Source: Clostridia bacterium (lineage in GTDB: Bacteria; Bacillota; Clostridia; HGM11514). Taken from it: DNA of 64,000 bases. A program made the position numbers and the translations under genes. Below the pieces are notes generated by a model. That model saw only the letters and a list, made by a program, of their open reading frames with translations, had not been told where the DNA came from and did no database searches. Numbering within the stretch: the stretch's first letter is position 1; each line of letters opens with the position of its first letter. Positions 29,641 to 37,817 of the stretch are shown one piece after another. The stretch lies in contig JAZNAU010000042.1 of the NCBI GenBank assembly GCA_045586685.1, positions 1 through 64,000 on the forward strand. Reading direction: 5' to 3'.

Positions 29641-30600
29641 CTAATTCAACATTAAATTCATATAATTTTGTCCCTGTAAAATCAAGGAAGTCAATGCTCC
29701 TATTGTAATTTCAGGTGCGGTTTCTGTTGTTTTTTTAACCTCACCATTTCTCACAGTAAAAGTGCCGTTATTCTCGGAAATCCATGGGTCTGTAATAAAA
29801 AACTTGCAATCGGATAAATATTGCATCGCTTTTTGAACATTGATAACTCTTGCCTGTCCAAAAGGTTTTTGAGAGGTCGGGGATAGCAACACCCCATCTC
29901 CCATTTGACAAAGCAAAGCATTGATTGCTTCTTCGTCTCCCATGGCCTCTTTTACTACCGTTTTTTGTTCAAAACGGCTGACAAGAGCATAGGCTCCTTC
30001 ATTACACCACAGCTCTCCCTTTTCAAAACGGAAGTGTTCTTCCAATAAAATATCCCACTGTTCTTTTGTTCTTGTAAGAAAGGAGCAAAAGTGTTTTTCG
30101 CAATACTGCTCATACCATTTCCAAAGATTGGAAACATCATCCGTTCTTTGTCCTCTTCCCTTCCCTTTTGGCAAAGATTTTTCTTCCAAAAAGAAAACAT
30201 CGGTATATCCGAATTTTATATAAAGCTCAGGTTTTGCGGGAATCAAAGCAGAAAACACATCTCCTCTTCCATACATGACCTGCAGTGCCCTTCTCATCAT
30301 GGCAGTCATATATCCCTGTCCTCTAAACTCAGGCAAAGTAGAAACCCCTGACAAATAAGAACAAGGCACCCTTTCCTTTCCCAACTGCAATCCATAAGGC
30401 ACCATTCCAAGATACGCCCTTGCATCCCCCTGTTCCCCCAAAAGAACAAGACTATCTTCAGTTTTATGAACACGATTCATATAAAATGCTACAAAATCAG
30501 GACTATCTGCGGGAAAACAGGTCTTCCAAAGCAATGCTCCTTGTTCTTTATTTTCACAAAATACAATATTATTTTCTAATGACAACAGTCTGCACCTCAA
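29641..30600 (-). CDS. Eis-like GNAT acetyltransferase
   Basis: VSTLPEFRGQGY acetyl-CoA motif, YIKFGY, SCP2-like C-terminus; true start may be TTG 30585 after GAGGTG. Confidence 0.85.
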   Translation of the reverse strand: MRCRLLSLENNIVFCENKEQGALLWKTCFPADSPDFVAFYMNRVHKTEDSLVLLGEQGDARAYLGMVPYGLQLGKERVPCSYLSGVSTLPEFRGQGYMTAMMRRALQVMYGRGDVFSALIPAKPELYIKFGYTDVFFLEEKSLPKGKGRGQRTDDVSNLWKWYEQYCEKHFCSFLTRTKEQWDILLEEHFRFEKGELWCNEGAYALVSRFEQKTVVKEAMGDEEAINALLCQMGDGVLLSPTSQKPFGQARVINVQKAMQYLSDCKFFITDPWISENNGTFTVRNGEVKKTTETAPEITIGALTSLILQGQNYMNLMLN

Positions 30601-31447
30601 TCAATTTTTCAGGAACATAAGATAGCTTTGCCTTTCGCAAGGCTTCCAGCCCCATATCCTCCTCACGGTCGATAAATACAGCCTCATGAAATTCATGCTC
30701 ACAAAACTGCTGATTTATCATTGGGTATGCACCCTGATAGGATGCATCCGCTTTTTCCATGTGAATCAAAGCTGTGTCCGCTGTCAGCATTTCCCCAATG
30801 GTAAAAGCAACCACTTTTGAATCCACCGTCAGCACACCGCCTTTACATTCTAGTGCATCAAAATCCTCAATGGATTTTCTCACTGCATCAAATTCACATT
30901 CCCGTGAAAAATCGTCCATTTCTGTTTTACTGTCCAGCCATTCTTTTTCCAATGCAAGACATTCTTTGGCAAACTCTTTAGAAAAAGAATGATATTCATA
31001 AGCATATAAGCTTTTAAATTTATTGATATGATTTCGCTTACTGTGCAATTTCTTCCCCGACAGCGTTACCAGTTTTTCACGCAAATACACATAATCGTAA
31101 GAATCACGACGATCTGTCACAGTCAGGTCGGAATACCACAATTTCATTTGTGCAAGCATGTCGTTGGTCAACATCCCAAAATACAAACATTCCGAAAATT
31201 CTCTTCTCAAATGTTCGATAGCAGAATGCACATCTCCGTCCCCAATGGGAAAAGAAGCAAAGGTGCATCCTTTGATGTTCATTACAACACAAAGACAATC
31301 TTCTATAATCTGCCATTTGACTCCCGTCATCTTCTCCCACAGATACATGGTGGTAAAATTACATTGAGAATAGGCGTAACTTTTTTTCTGCAGATACTCC
31401 CGAATCACAAACCTATCCTCCAGTCTTAAAGGACTCCAAGTCAACAC
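30569..31447 (-). CDS. DUF2156 (aminoacyl-PG synthase C-terminal-like) soluble protein
   Basis: DYVY..LSGKKLHSKRNHINKF, HMEKA, DREEDMGLEALRKAKLSY. Confidence 0.88.
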   Translation of the reverse strand: MLTWSPLRLEDRFVIREYLQKKSYAYSQCNFTTMYLWEKMTGVKWQIIEDCLCVVMNIKGCTFASFPIGDGDVHSAIEHLRREFSECLYFGMLTNDMLAQMKLWYSDLTVTDRRDSYDYVYLREKLVTLSGKKLHSKRNHINKFKSLYAYEYHSFSKEFAKECLALEKEWLDSKTEMDDFSRECEFDAVRKSIEDFDALECKGGVLTVDSKVVAFTIGEMLTADTALIHMEKADASYQGAYPMINQQFCEHEFHEAVFIDREEDMGLEALRKAKLSYVPEKLIEVQTVVIRK

Positions 31448-32118
31448 AATTCATCTCCATTTAAAAGTTCCGTCACTAAATTCCACACCTCGTCTGAAAT
31501 TTCCTCCGGCGTTTTAATTACACCGTCTTTTGCGCAAACAAGCCGTTTCCAACCCATCTGCTCTGCCACAGAAACTGCATTTTCATAAGCCCGATGCATA
31601 TAGCCGGTATCCTTTTCGTGGATATCCTTTTGCTTTTCACCGGTGATTTTGTTATTTCTCTCTTTCATAAGAAGAGAAGCATATTGAGGGGGCATATCCA
31701 AAAACACCACCAAATCAGGTCTGGGCAGTTCCATTAACCCATACTCAAATTCAGAAAGCCAACATAAAAACTGTTGACGGCGTTCTTCGTCCTCAATTTT
31801 GCAAGTCTGGTGAATCATATTGGAAGTCACATAACGGTCTGCCAAAATAATTCCACCATTGTTATAATATTCTCCCCATTTTTGTTTATAGGATGCATAC
31901 CGATCACATGCAAAAAAGACGGATGCCACTTCCGGACTCACATCATCTGCATGAGTACCAAATTCTCCGTTTAGATACATTTTCACCAAAGCCGAAGACT
32001 GGCTTTGATAGTCAGGAAAAGAGACTCTTTTCGCATTGGAAAGCCTTTGGTGCAAAAGTTCTGTCTGTGTTTGCTTACCACTGGCATCAACCCCTTCAAT
32101 TACAATCAGCTTACCCAT
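31441..32118 (-). CDS. tmk: Thymidylate kinase family protein
   Basis: EGVDASGKQTQ P-loop, DRYVTSN, PDLVVFLD; adjacent to thyX. Confidence 0.88.
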   Translation of the reverse strand: MGKLIVIEGVDASGKQTQTELLHQRLSNAKRVSFPDYQSQSSALVKMYLNGEFGTHADDVSPEVASVFFACDRYASYKQKWGEYYNNGGIILADRYVTSNMIHQTCKIEDEERRQQFLCWLSEFEYGLMELPRPDLVVFLDMPPQYASLLMKERNNKITGEKQKDIHEKDTGYMHRAYENAVSVAEQMGWKRLVCAKDGVIKTPEEISDEVWNLVTELLNGDELC

Positions 32119-32890
32119 GATTTTGCTCTCCTAAATTCTTGAATTTCGCCCGTATTTCTGTTGCATGTCCACAAGTCATACTGCCCTCTTTACAAGGTCC
32201 GGACACACAGGAAGGTCCTGCTTTTGCAAAAAGCATGGGAGCTATATCACGCACCAACATCAACATCTGTGTTGCCAGCTCTCTAATTTCCCATTGAGCA
32301 CGGTTGCAGCAGCGCAAACGGAAGAAGTTATACAAGCTTCTTGCGTTCATTGTTACAATCATTTTGGTTTCACAACCGTTAGGTAGAACAAAACGTGCAT
32401 CTTCAATCGCCATCTTTTCAGCCTGACGGGCAGCAGATTTTTCTTCCACACCCTCATCCAACAATCGCTGATAGTGATTCTTACTTAAAATCTCTGTCAA
32501 ACGGTCATATTTTTGCTGGATTTCTTCCATTACTTCATCAAAAAATTCTTTTGCCTCAGGGCATTGCTCAATTTCCGGAGGGGTCACATAAGCAAATTGA
32601 TTTTCCATTACATACCGCTGGGATTTCACACTGAAGGAAGCGATTCTGTGACGTGTAATCTGGGCAAGCAACGCACGGGAAATCCCCTCAATTCCAAAGG
32701 TAAAAGAAACATGCTCAATAGGACTTTCGTGCCCCAAAGACATAAGATGTTCAATAAATTTCTCTGTTTTTTCAGGATTTAATCCTTCCATCAGTCCGTC
32801 AATGTCAGAAGAAGAATAGCATAATTTTGCAGCGGCAGCTACTAATCGCTCCGGATTTGGGGTATGCTCCAATAAAGTTACTTTAAGCAT
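32111..32890 (-). CDS. thyX: FAD-dependent thymidylate synthase
   Basis: GHESPIEH, RHRIASFSVKSQRY, EDARFVLP, AQWEIR. Confidence 0.97.
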   Translation of the reverse strand: MLKVTLLEHTPNPERLVAAAAKLCYSSSDIDGLMEGLNPEKTEKFIEHLMSLGHESPIEHVSFTFGIEGISRALLAQITRHRIASFSVKSQRYVMENQFAYVTPPEIEQCPEAKEFFDEVMEEIQQKYDRLTEILSKNHYQRLLDEGVEEKSAARQAEKMAIEDARFVLPNGCETKMIVTMNARSLYNFFRLRCCNRAQWEIRELATQMLMLVRDIAPMLFAKAGPSCVSGPCKEGSMTCGHATEIRAKFKNLGEQNHG

Positions 32891-33620
32891 TTGCTCCGTC
32901 TCCCTTCCAATTCTTTTTTATCACAGTCATTAAAAACTTTGGCAAATTCATCATCCGCCCTATTCTTGACGGTTGCTTTATTAACCGATAAAACCATTCC
33001 AAATTTGTTTTACAGAAAAATTCAGGAGCCCGCTTCACCGTTCCCGCCAGCACATCCACAGTTCCGCCTGCACCAATGCAAACCTTCACCTTGAGCTCGT
33101 CCCGATATTTTGCAATCCAGTTTTCCTGACGGGGAAATCCTGTACAAACCATTAAAAAGTCTGCATTTGAATTGTTTATCTGCTCTATAACAGCCTCGTC
33201 ATTTTTAAAATATCCGTCACAAAAACCCGCAACACGGATTCCGGAATATTTCTCTTTCATGTTATTGGCAGCCATTTCTGCAACACCCGGTTTTCCACCC
33301 AGCAAAAAGACGCTTTTGTTGCGAGAGGGTAATCCTTCCAGCACATGGCAACACAGCTCAAATCCCGGAACACGCTCTTTAACCGGTGTGCCAATAATCT
33401 TCGCTCCATATACCACACCGATGCCATCCGGCAATGTCAAATCTGCCGAATTCAGCACATCTCTATACTCCGGCACATGATACGCATGATAAACAATTTC
33501 CGGATTGGGAGTGACAACCATACGGGTTTCTTCCTCCTCCAACCATTGGAAAACCGTTTCAACCGCTTCGTCCATTGTGACATTATCAATTTTTACACCC
33601 AAAATATGTATTTGTTCCAT
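32883..33620 (-). CDS. WecB/TagA/CpsF family glycosyltransferase
   Basis: VTPNPE, PDGIGV, GFPRQE, KRAP..LEWFYRL. Confidence 0.92.
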   Translation of the reverse strand: MEQIHILGVKIDNVTMDEAVETVFQWLEEEETRMVVTPNPEIVYHAYHVPEYRDVLNSADLTLPDGIGVVYGAKIIGTPVKERVPGFELCCHVLEGLPSRNKSVFLLGGKPGVAEMAANNMKEKYSGIRVAGFCDGYFKNDEAVIEQINNSNADFLMVCTGFPRQENWIAKYRDELKVKVCIGAGGTVDVLAGTVKRAPEFFCKTNLEWFYRLIKQPSRIGRMMNLPKFLMTVIKKNWKGDGANA

Positions 33621-33719
33621 CAGCCGGTCGGCCCCTTTCCTTTCTTACCCTTACAGGGTAAATATAAAGATATAATGTTATTATAAAATCAGTAAATGAT
33701 TTAAATACCGAGTATTTTA

Positions 33720-33960
33720 CACAATCCACACCAAGTCCTGCCATGTCAGGCCTTTCCTTCTCTTCACTTTTGCCCGTTACCTGACAAACATATTGTAAAA
33801 CTTCCGAAACATCAATGTGGAGAATATCAGATATTCTTTTTGTAAAAGCCTTATTTAAATCTTTAGACTGATAAAGCAGATATTGCAAAGAATATGTTGC
33901 AATATCTTCTTGAGACCCTCTTATGTGTGGATATAAATGTGCTAATAATGAATAAGACAT
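33720..33960 (-). pseudogene. 5' fragment of a putative PD-(D/E)XK nuclease-like gene
   Basis: SD-preceded ATG 33960; protein-like up to ERPDMAGL, then reads into AT-rich intergenic DNA and the next gene start; no E-x-K follows. Confidence 0.5.
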
Positions 33961-33985
33961 ATTTATTTTCCCTTTCGTTTCAAGG

Positions 33986-34339
33986 TTATTGATTTCCTTT
34001 CGCAGTAGTTACGGATGCTATAAGCAATTTCCTAATTTTGCTACATTTATCGTATATCTCTATATATTCTTCTTCAGTTATCATTTTCGTTTCCTTAAAA
34101 AGTCCCAACCAATAATCGCTTTCATAGCATTCTTTCAAAGCGATTTGAAACTTATTTATAAAATCAGCTTTGCTTGCTGCATAATTTGCTTCGTGAATAT
34201 TAGCACCAATGCTTGTTCCACTTCTTAAAAGCTGATTTAACAACACATTTCCTTTTCTATTTTCTTTGATTTCAGTACAAAGGTTTACAATATCAACCGC
34301 AAATTGTTTTGATAAATCTACCAGTCTGTTTTCTTTCAT
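33986..34339 (-). CDS. Four helix bundle protein (TIGR02436 / 23S rRNA IVP / Avd-like fold)
   Basis: NQLLRSGTSIGANIHEA, SKADFINK..IALKEC.E..YWL signature. Confidence 0.93.
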   Translation of the reverse strand: MKENRLVDLSKQFAVDIVNLCTEIKENRKGNVLLNQLLRSGTSIGANIHEANYAASKADFINKFQIALKECYESDYWLGLFKETKMITEEEYIEIYDKCSKIRKLLIASVTTAKGNQ

Positions 34340-34354
34340 ACCTTTTCTCCATTT

Positions 34355-34540
34355 AATGAATTGACAACTTCGTTGTCATGAATTGGCTAAAGCCATGAAT
34401 TGTTGCTATCGCAACATGAATTAAATTGCCTTTTAATGCACTTTAGTGCAATTCATGAGCCGTAAAGCTCAATTCATGAAATCTTTGATTTCAATTCATG
34501 CTGAAGGCAATTCATTGAGTTCAAGTTTCACTTGAACTCA
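34355..34540. repeat. Mirror-symmetric array: 4x ATGAATT then 4x AATTCAT, interspersed with distinct hairpins
   Basis: ATGAATT at 34356, 34378, 34395, 34416; AATTCAT at 34450, 34471, 34493, 34509; self-complementary spacers. Confidence 0.9.
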
Positions 34541-34568
34541 TTATATCACAAACAAAGAAATATTTCAA
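34540..34568 (-). promoter_or_regulatory. sigma-A promoter reading through the array into the four-helix-bundle gene
   Basis: TTGAAA(34568-34563)-17 nt-TATAAT(34545-34540) with TG extended -10. Confidence 0.7.
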
Positions 34569-34585
34569 CTATTTTGTTTTTTTGC

Positions 34586-34614
34586 TGGACTTTCTGCGAA
34601 ATTTGTAGTAAAAT
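34586..34614 (+). promoter_or_regulatory. Probable manA promoter
   Basis: TGGACT-17 nt-TAAAAT. Confidence 0.45.
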
Positions 34615-34643
34615 AGAATTAGAACAAAAACAGGAGGCAAACC

Positions 34644-35561
34644 ATGTATCCTTTAAAAATGAAGCCTGAAATAAAGCACCTCATTTGGGGCGGAAAAAGA
34701 CTTCGTGAATTTTATAATAAAAACTGTACCCGTGATGATGTGGGTGAAAGTTGGGAGGTTTCTGCCCATCCGGAAGGATTAAGCTACATTGCAAATGGTG
34801 CTCTAAAAGGGGTTTCTTTGGCAGATGCGATTCAACAATATCCGGAAGAAATTGCACCGGTGGAATTTCCTCTTTTATTTAAACTGATAGATGCCAGTCA
34901 AGATCTGTCCATTCAAGTGCATCCTGACGATGCTTACGTTCAGAAAACCAACAATAACCTTCACGGCAAAATAGAAATGTGGTATATTATTGATGCAAAA
35001 CCGGGTGCCCGTATCGGGTACGGCTGGAATCAGACCATGACTCCTGATTTGGTCAGACAAGCCATTGAAAACGGCACTTTGGAGCAGTATATTAACTATA
35101 TTCCCGTAACAGCAGGACAAGCTTATTTTATTCCTGCCGGAATTGTGCATTGTCTTTGCAAAGGTCTTTTGGTAGCAGAAATTCAACAAAATTCCACCAT
35201 GACCTATCGTCTCTACGACTATAACCGCAAAGACAAAAACGGAAATAATCGTCAACTTCACATCCACGAAAGTCTGGATGTGCTTGATTATTCCGATAAC
35301 AGAAATGCAACGGTTGTAACAGGAGATAATGTCATTTTGGCAAGTTGCCCCTATTTTACGGCTGAAAAAATTATAAGCGACTATTACAAAGGAGATACCA
35401 AGGATACATTTGAAATTCTGTTTTTTGTTAACGGACACGGAGAAATTATTACAGATCAAGGAACGGAATCTTTCCAAGCGGGAGATACTTATCTGCTCCC
35501 CTCCTCTCTTGGTGCATATACCATAAAGGGACAATGCACCATAATGCGATGTGTAGAATAA
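34644..35561 (+). CDS. manA: Class I mannose-6-phosphate isomerase
   Basis: IWGG, GESWE, LSIQVHPDD, EIQQNS..TYRLYDYNR. Confidence 0.92.
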   Translation: MYPLKMKPEIKHLIWGGKRLREFYNKNCTRDDVGESWEVSAHPEGLSYIANGALKGVSLADAIQQYPEEIAPVEFPLLFKLIDASQDLSIQVHPDDAYVQKTNNNLHGKIEMWYIIDAKPGARIGYGWNQTMTPDLVRQAIENGTLEQYINYIPVTAGQAYFIPAGIVHCLCKGLLVAEIQQNSTMTYRLYDYNRKDKNGNNRQLHIHESLDVLDYSDNRNATVVTGDNVILASCPYFTAEKIISDYYKGDTKDTFEILFFVNGHGEIITDQGTESFQAGDTYLLPSSLGAYTIKGQCTIMRCVE

Positions 35562-35581
35562 ACTCAATAGAAAGGATAGAA

Positions 35582-36739
35582 ATGATGAATATTGCAAAAG
35601 ATATTAAATATATTGGTGTAAATGACCATGAAATTGATTTATTTGAAGGCCAATATGTAGTTCCAAACGGTATGTCTTATAACTCCTATGTGATTTTGGA
35701 TGAAAAAATTGCGGTGTTAGATACAGTAGATCAAAATTTTGGCAAGGAATGGCTTCATAATATTAGCAATGCAATAAACGGAGGAACTCCTGATTATCTT
35801 ATTGTTCAGCATATGGAGCCGGATCACTCTGCCAACATTAAAAATTTTACCATTCAGTATCCGGATGCAAAAATTGTTGCGTCAGCAAAAGCTTTTGTTA
35901 TGATGAAGCAGTTTTTTGGTACAGATTTTCCAGAAAAACAAATGGTTGTCGGAGAAGGCGATACCTTGGATTTAGGAACCCATAAATTGACCTTTATTAC
36001 TGCACCCATGGTTCATTGGCCTGAAGTCATTGTCACCTATGACAGCACCGATAAAGTGTTATTTTCCGCTGACGGATTCGGTAAATTTGGTGCTCTTGAT
36101 GCACAAGAAGACTGGGCTTGCGAGGCACGGCGTTATTATATCGGTATTGTAGGAAAATACGGTGCACAGGTGCAGACTCTTTTAAAAAAGGCTGCAACTT
36201 TGGACATCAAAACCATCTGCCCTCTTCACGGCCCTGTATTAGCAGAAAATTTAGGCTATTATCTTAATTTATATAACATATGGTCAAGTTATGAGGTAGA
36301 ATCCGAAGGTGTGGTAATTGCTTATACTTCTGTTTATGGCAATACCAAAAAGGCAGTATTGGACCTGGCTGAACAATTAGAAAAACAAGGCTGTCCCAAG
36401 GTTGTGGTAAATGATTTGGCAAGATGCGATATGGCAGAAGCGGTGGAGGACGCATTTCGCTATGGAAAACTTGTTCTCGCCACTACCACTTATAATAACG
36501 ATATATTCCCTTTTATGCGTGAATTTATCGATCATCTGACCGAACGGAATTTCTGCAACCGAACTGTTGCCTTTATGGAAAACGGAAGTTGGGCTCCTGT
36601 TGCGGCAAAGACGATGAAGGGAATGCTTGAAAAATGTAAAAATCTCACTTATGCCGATACAACTGTAACAGTTTTATCTGCTCCAAATGAAGAAAATTCA
36701 TTAGAAATCAGGGCATTGGCAAGTGAGCTTTGTAAATAA
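35582..36739 (+). CDS. fprA: Flavodiiron protein (FprA, A-type flavoprotein)
   Basis: HMEPDHS, MVHWPE, FSADGFG, flavodoxin domain SVYGNT. Confidence 0.93.
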   Translation: MMNIAKDIKYIGVNDHEIDLFEGQYVVPNGMSYNSYVILDEKIAVLDTVDQNFGKEWLHNISNAINGGTPDYLIVQHMEPDHSANIKNFTIQYPDAKIVASAKAFVMMKQFFGTDFPEKQMVVGEGDTLDLGTHKLTFITAPMVHWPEVIVTYDSTDKVLFSADGFGKFGALDAQEDWACEARRYYIGIVGKYGAQVQTLLKKAATLDIKTICPLHGPVLAENLGYYLNLYNIWSSYEVESEGVVIAYTSVYGNTKKAVLDLAEQLEKQGCPKVVVNDLARCDMAEAVEDAFRYGKLVLATTTYNNDIFPFMREFIDHLTERNFCNRTVAFMENGSWAPVAAKTMKGMLEKCKNLTYADTTVTVLSAPNEENSLEIRALASELCK

Positions 36740-36760
36740 TTAAAATTGGAGGTTAATGGT

Positions 36761-36919
36761 ATGAAAAAGTATGTATGCGACGTATGCGGTTGGGAATATG
36801 ACGAAGAACAAGGTGCTCCCGATCATGGTATTTCTCCCGGCACAAAATTTGAAGATTTGCCTGAGGATTTTGAATGTCCTCTTTGCGGAGTGGGCAAAGA
36901 TCAATTTTCTGAAGAATAA
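36761..36919 (+). CDS. Rubredoxin (52 aa, missing from ORF track)
   Basis: [14 protein letters not shown]...[20 protein letters not shown]; SD GGAGG. Confidence 0.97.
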   Translation: MKKYVCDVCGWEYDEEQGAPDHGISPGTKFEDLPEDFECPLCGVGKDQFSEE

Positions 36920-36925
36920 AAACCT

Positions 36926-36964
36926 AAAAAGGTTCCCGTTTACAATAACTGCGGGAACCTTTTA
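36926..36964 (+). terminator. Terminator after rubredoxin
   Basis: AAAAGGTTCCCG..CGGGAACCTTTT. Confidence 0.7.
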
Positions 36965-36982
36965 CATAAAAGGGGGATTGTT

Positions 36983-37735
36983 ATGAATTTAGTTTTACTT
37001 ACCGCATTAGGCGTTGGAGGAGCTACCGTGTTTGGCTCCTGTATCGGTTTTTTATTTAAAAAGTTATCCCATAAATTTTCAGATATTATTCTATCCTTTG
37101 CGGCAGGGGTCATGCTTGCAGCAGCCGTGCTGGGACTCATTCTGCCCGCTGTGAATTTTGGTGAGAAAAATGGCCTGATCATTACCGTAATCGGCATTTT
37201 TGCAGGTGCACTTTGTTTGAATCTGATTGACAAGTTAGTCCCTCATCTTCATAAAATGATTGGATCTGACAGCGAAGAACACAATAATGCAGATTTAAAC
37301 AAGGTACTATTGTTTGTTTCTGCTATTGCAATTCACAATCTTCCTGAAGGAATTGCCGCCGGTGTTGGCTTTGGTTCAGGAAATACTTCCCAAGCACTGT
37401 TAATTGCAGGCGGAATCGCATTGCAAAACATTCCGGAAGGTATGGTCATTATTGCTCCCTTGCTTGCAGCAGGGGTCAATCCCTCCAAAACCTTCATTTC
37501 TGCTATGATAACCGGCCTGGTGGAAGTCATAGGAACGCTAATTGGTTATTTCGCAGTTAGCTTTTCCACGGCGATTCTCCCCTTTGCTCTTGCTTTTGCG
37601 GGAGGAACCATGCTTTACGTAATCAGTGATGAAATGATTCCGGAAACTCATGCTCATGGTCATGAGCGAAATGCCACTTATGCGTTGCTGATAGGATTTT
37701 GTGTTATGCTGATAAGCGATGTATTGTTGGGATAA
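36983..37735 (+). CDS. ZIP family metal transporter (ZupT-like)
   Basis: FAAGVML, HNLPEG, QNIPEG, EMIPE. Confidence 0.92.
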   Translation: MNLVLLTALGVGGATVFGSCIGFLFKKLSHKFSDIILSFAAGVMLAAAVLGLILPAVNFGEKNGLIITVIGIFAGALCLNLIDKLVPHLHKMIGSDSEEHNNADLNKVLLFVSAIAIHNLPEGIAAGVGFGSGNTSQALLIAGGIALQNIPEGMVIIAPLLAAGVNPSKTFISAMITGLVEVIGTLIGYFAVSFSTAILPFALAFAGGTMLYVISDEMIPETHAHGHERNATYALLIGFCVMLISDVLLG

Positions 37736-37782
37736 ATACTTTGCACGTTTTTTAGAAGGAACACTGAACTGGTTTGTGTTAT

Positions 37783-37817
37783 AAAAAATGGCTTATCAAG
37801 AGATAAGCCATTTTTTT
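37783..37817. terminator. Bidirectional intrinsic terminator
   Basis: AAAAAATGGCTTATC-AAGA-GATAAGCCATTTTTT between convergent genes. Confidence 0.8.

Noticed and set aside
33986-34339. Diversity-generating retroelement or 23S rRNA intervening sequence
   Set aside because: No reverse transcriptase, no TR/VR repeat pair and no rRNA sequence in the window; only the fold family is shared.
34355-34540. CRISPR array interpretation of the repeat ladder
   Set aside because: Repeats are only 7 bp, spacers are mostly 9-15 bp and self-complementary, orientation flips midway, and no cas genes are present.
36771-36986. 71-aa ORF from the track
   Set aside because: Wrong frame; the real gene here is the rubredoxin at 36761-36919.
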